Assembly: GCA_030704615.1 (NCBI GenBank)
Contig: CM060732.1
Span: 10,726,001-10,790,000 of the forward strand
Direction: 5' to 3'
Source of the DNA: Takakia lepidozioides
Taxonomy: Eukaryota > Plantae > Bryophyta
DNA length: 64,000 nucleotides
Position numbers and translations under genes: made by a program. Within the stretch, counting starts at the first letter, position 1, and each line of letters begins with the position of its first letter. The notes under the pieces are model-generated. The model saw only the letters and a program-made list of their open reading frames with translations, was not told the DNA's origin and searched no databases. Positions 63,001-64,000 of the stretch are shown in pieces.

Positions 63001-63103
63001 TTCAGTTCCGGTGGTTCACGATTTTCAGTCAAAATGGAAATGGGGTACCGCATTTCCGTTCTGGAGAATATGAAGATATCCCCCGGACGGAAATGCAGTG
63101 CCT
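60015..63103. repeat. Array 3: ~55-60 palindrome units with the same spacers as array 1 but in the opposite orientation
   Basis: Spacers tctggaatgtcggaaggtgcgactcgg, tctggagagtatgaaggtctcccccgg and cccacagctccatgcctgagatacaaa are reverse complements of those in 44.4-46.9 kb; the array ends in the middle of a palindrome at ~63102. Confidence 0.95.
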
Positions 63104-63590
63104 TCCATCCCTTGTGCACATCCGTTATGTTCCCACATTTGGCATACATGCTAGCAAGGGCAGTTTCCAGGACGATATTTGGCTCAATTCTGGCTTTGAT
63201 AATATTAGCATGGATCTTTTTGCCCTTTTCCAGGTCTGCTAGGCTGGCACATGCATCGAGAACGGAAGTGAATGTGACTTTGTCCGGTACCCACCCTTCC
63301 CATATCATTTGCTCATAGGTCTCCAAGGTGACCACACCCTTGCTGAGCATATCCTGCAATCATCGCACAATGAAACCATATCTCGTACAGCCATATTGTC
63401 GAAAACTCGATGGGCTTCCTTCATGCTCCCGCACTTGGCATATATGGCAGCAAGGGCAGTCTCTAGAATGATATCTGGTACAGTTCCAGCTTTCATAATG
63501 TCAGCTTGGACCTGTTTTCCCTTTTCCAGGGCACCTATGCTGGCACACGCCTTGAGAGCAGATACGGACGTGACCCTGATAGGCACGGCC
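63104..63590 (-). pseudogene. PLS-class PPR gene fragment
   Basis: [56 protein letters not shown]. Confidence 0.85.
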
Positions 63591-63734
63591 TGCTAAGACC
63601 AAGCTGACTCTCCCAAGAACCTTGTAAACATCAAGAACAATACCAAATGATGGTCCTAACAGTAGCCAAGAGCCCACAGAACAATCACAGGAAGCATAAA
63701 AAGAGTTCATTGGATGCATAGAGAGCTGAATACA

Positions 63735-63984
63735 ACCGTCCAACATACCAACAATATAAGACAGAGGGACAAGGTCTCCTGAAGTAGTGACAGTTCCTCT
63801 TAGCGGCAATTTCGGAGTGACATGAGAGTTTAGAAGTTTTTGCATGGCTACCAGAATTTCCCAACGAATGCCTGAGTAACCTTGCATCAATGTGTTGGTG
63901 TGCACCAGCATGGCCGCTCGCGTGGTGCATGCTGGCAGGGTGTTACCGTCGCCCTTGGCACCAATGACTCCGGCATTGAGAAAC
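63735..63984 (-). pseudogene. PAL: Phenylalanine ammonia-lyase fragment; MIO tripeptide ASG appears as TSG; truncated
   Basis: [49 protein letters not shown], after which similarity stops. Confidence 0.85.
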
Positions 63985-64000
63985 CTGAACTCATAAATTG

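Noticed and set aside
43950-63103. Bona fide CRISPR array (palindromic repeat plus ~27-bp spacers)
   Set aside because: Spacers recur cyclically as a higher-order repeat instead of being unique, no cas-like ORF is recognisable, and the context is intron-containing plant DNA.

Overview
Eukaryotic nuclear DNA, most likely from a non-seed land plant (spliceosomal introns, PLS-class PPR, PAL and SOQ1 fragments, plant tRNA-Ala PBS). The only plausible intact host gene is the 5' part of a CYP85-clan-like cytochrome P450 (minus strand, 893-2918, 3' exons apparently off the left edge). The rest is nested, rearranged transposon DNA: two copies of a Ty3/Gypsy family with an extra 5' ORF, a dUTPase-like domain and atypical termini; a LINE carrying a chromodomain and a PCIF1-like methyltransferase domain; a PHD-integrase Gypsy; CACTA ends; a MITE and a SINE. 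The most striking region is about 41.7-63.1 kb. It holds a Mutator-like (MULE) transposase with a GCM/WRKY-type Zn domain, an intron-containing gene fusing a ParB-like domain to a beta-class N4C/N6A DNA methyltransferase, a divergent pair of paralogous orphan ORFs, and roughly 150 copies of one 26-bp palindrome (ACGGAAATGCGG-NN-CCGCATTTCCGT). The palindromes form three CRISPR-looking arrays with a ~53-bp pitch, plus single copies in introns and in the divergent promoter. I propose this is a decayed copy of a transposon-borne system of a cis-site array plus a ParB-methyltransferase. All domain calls are from motif reading by eye; no searches were run.
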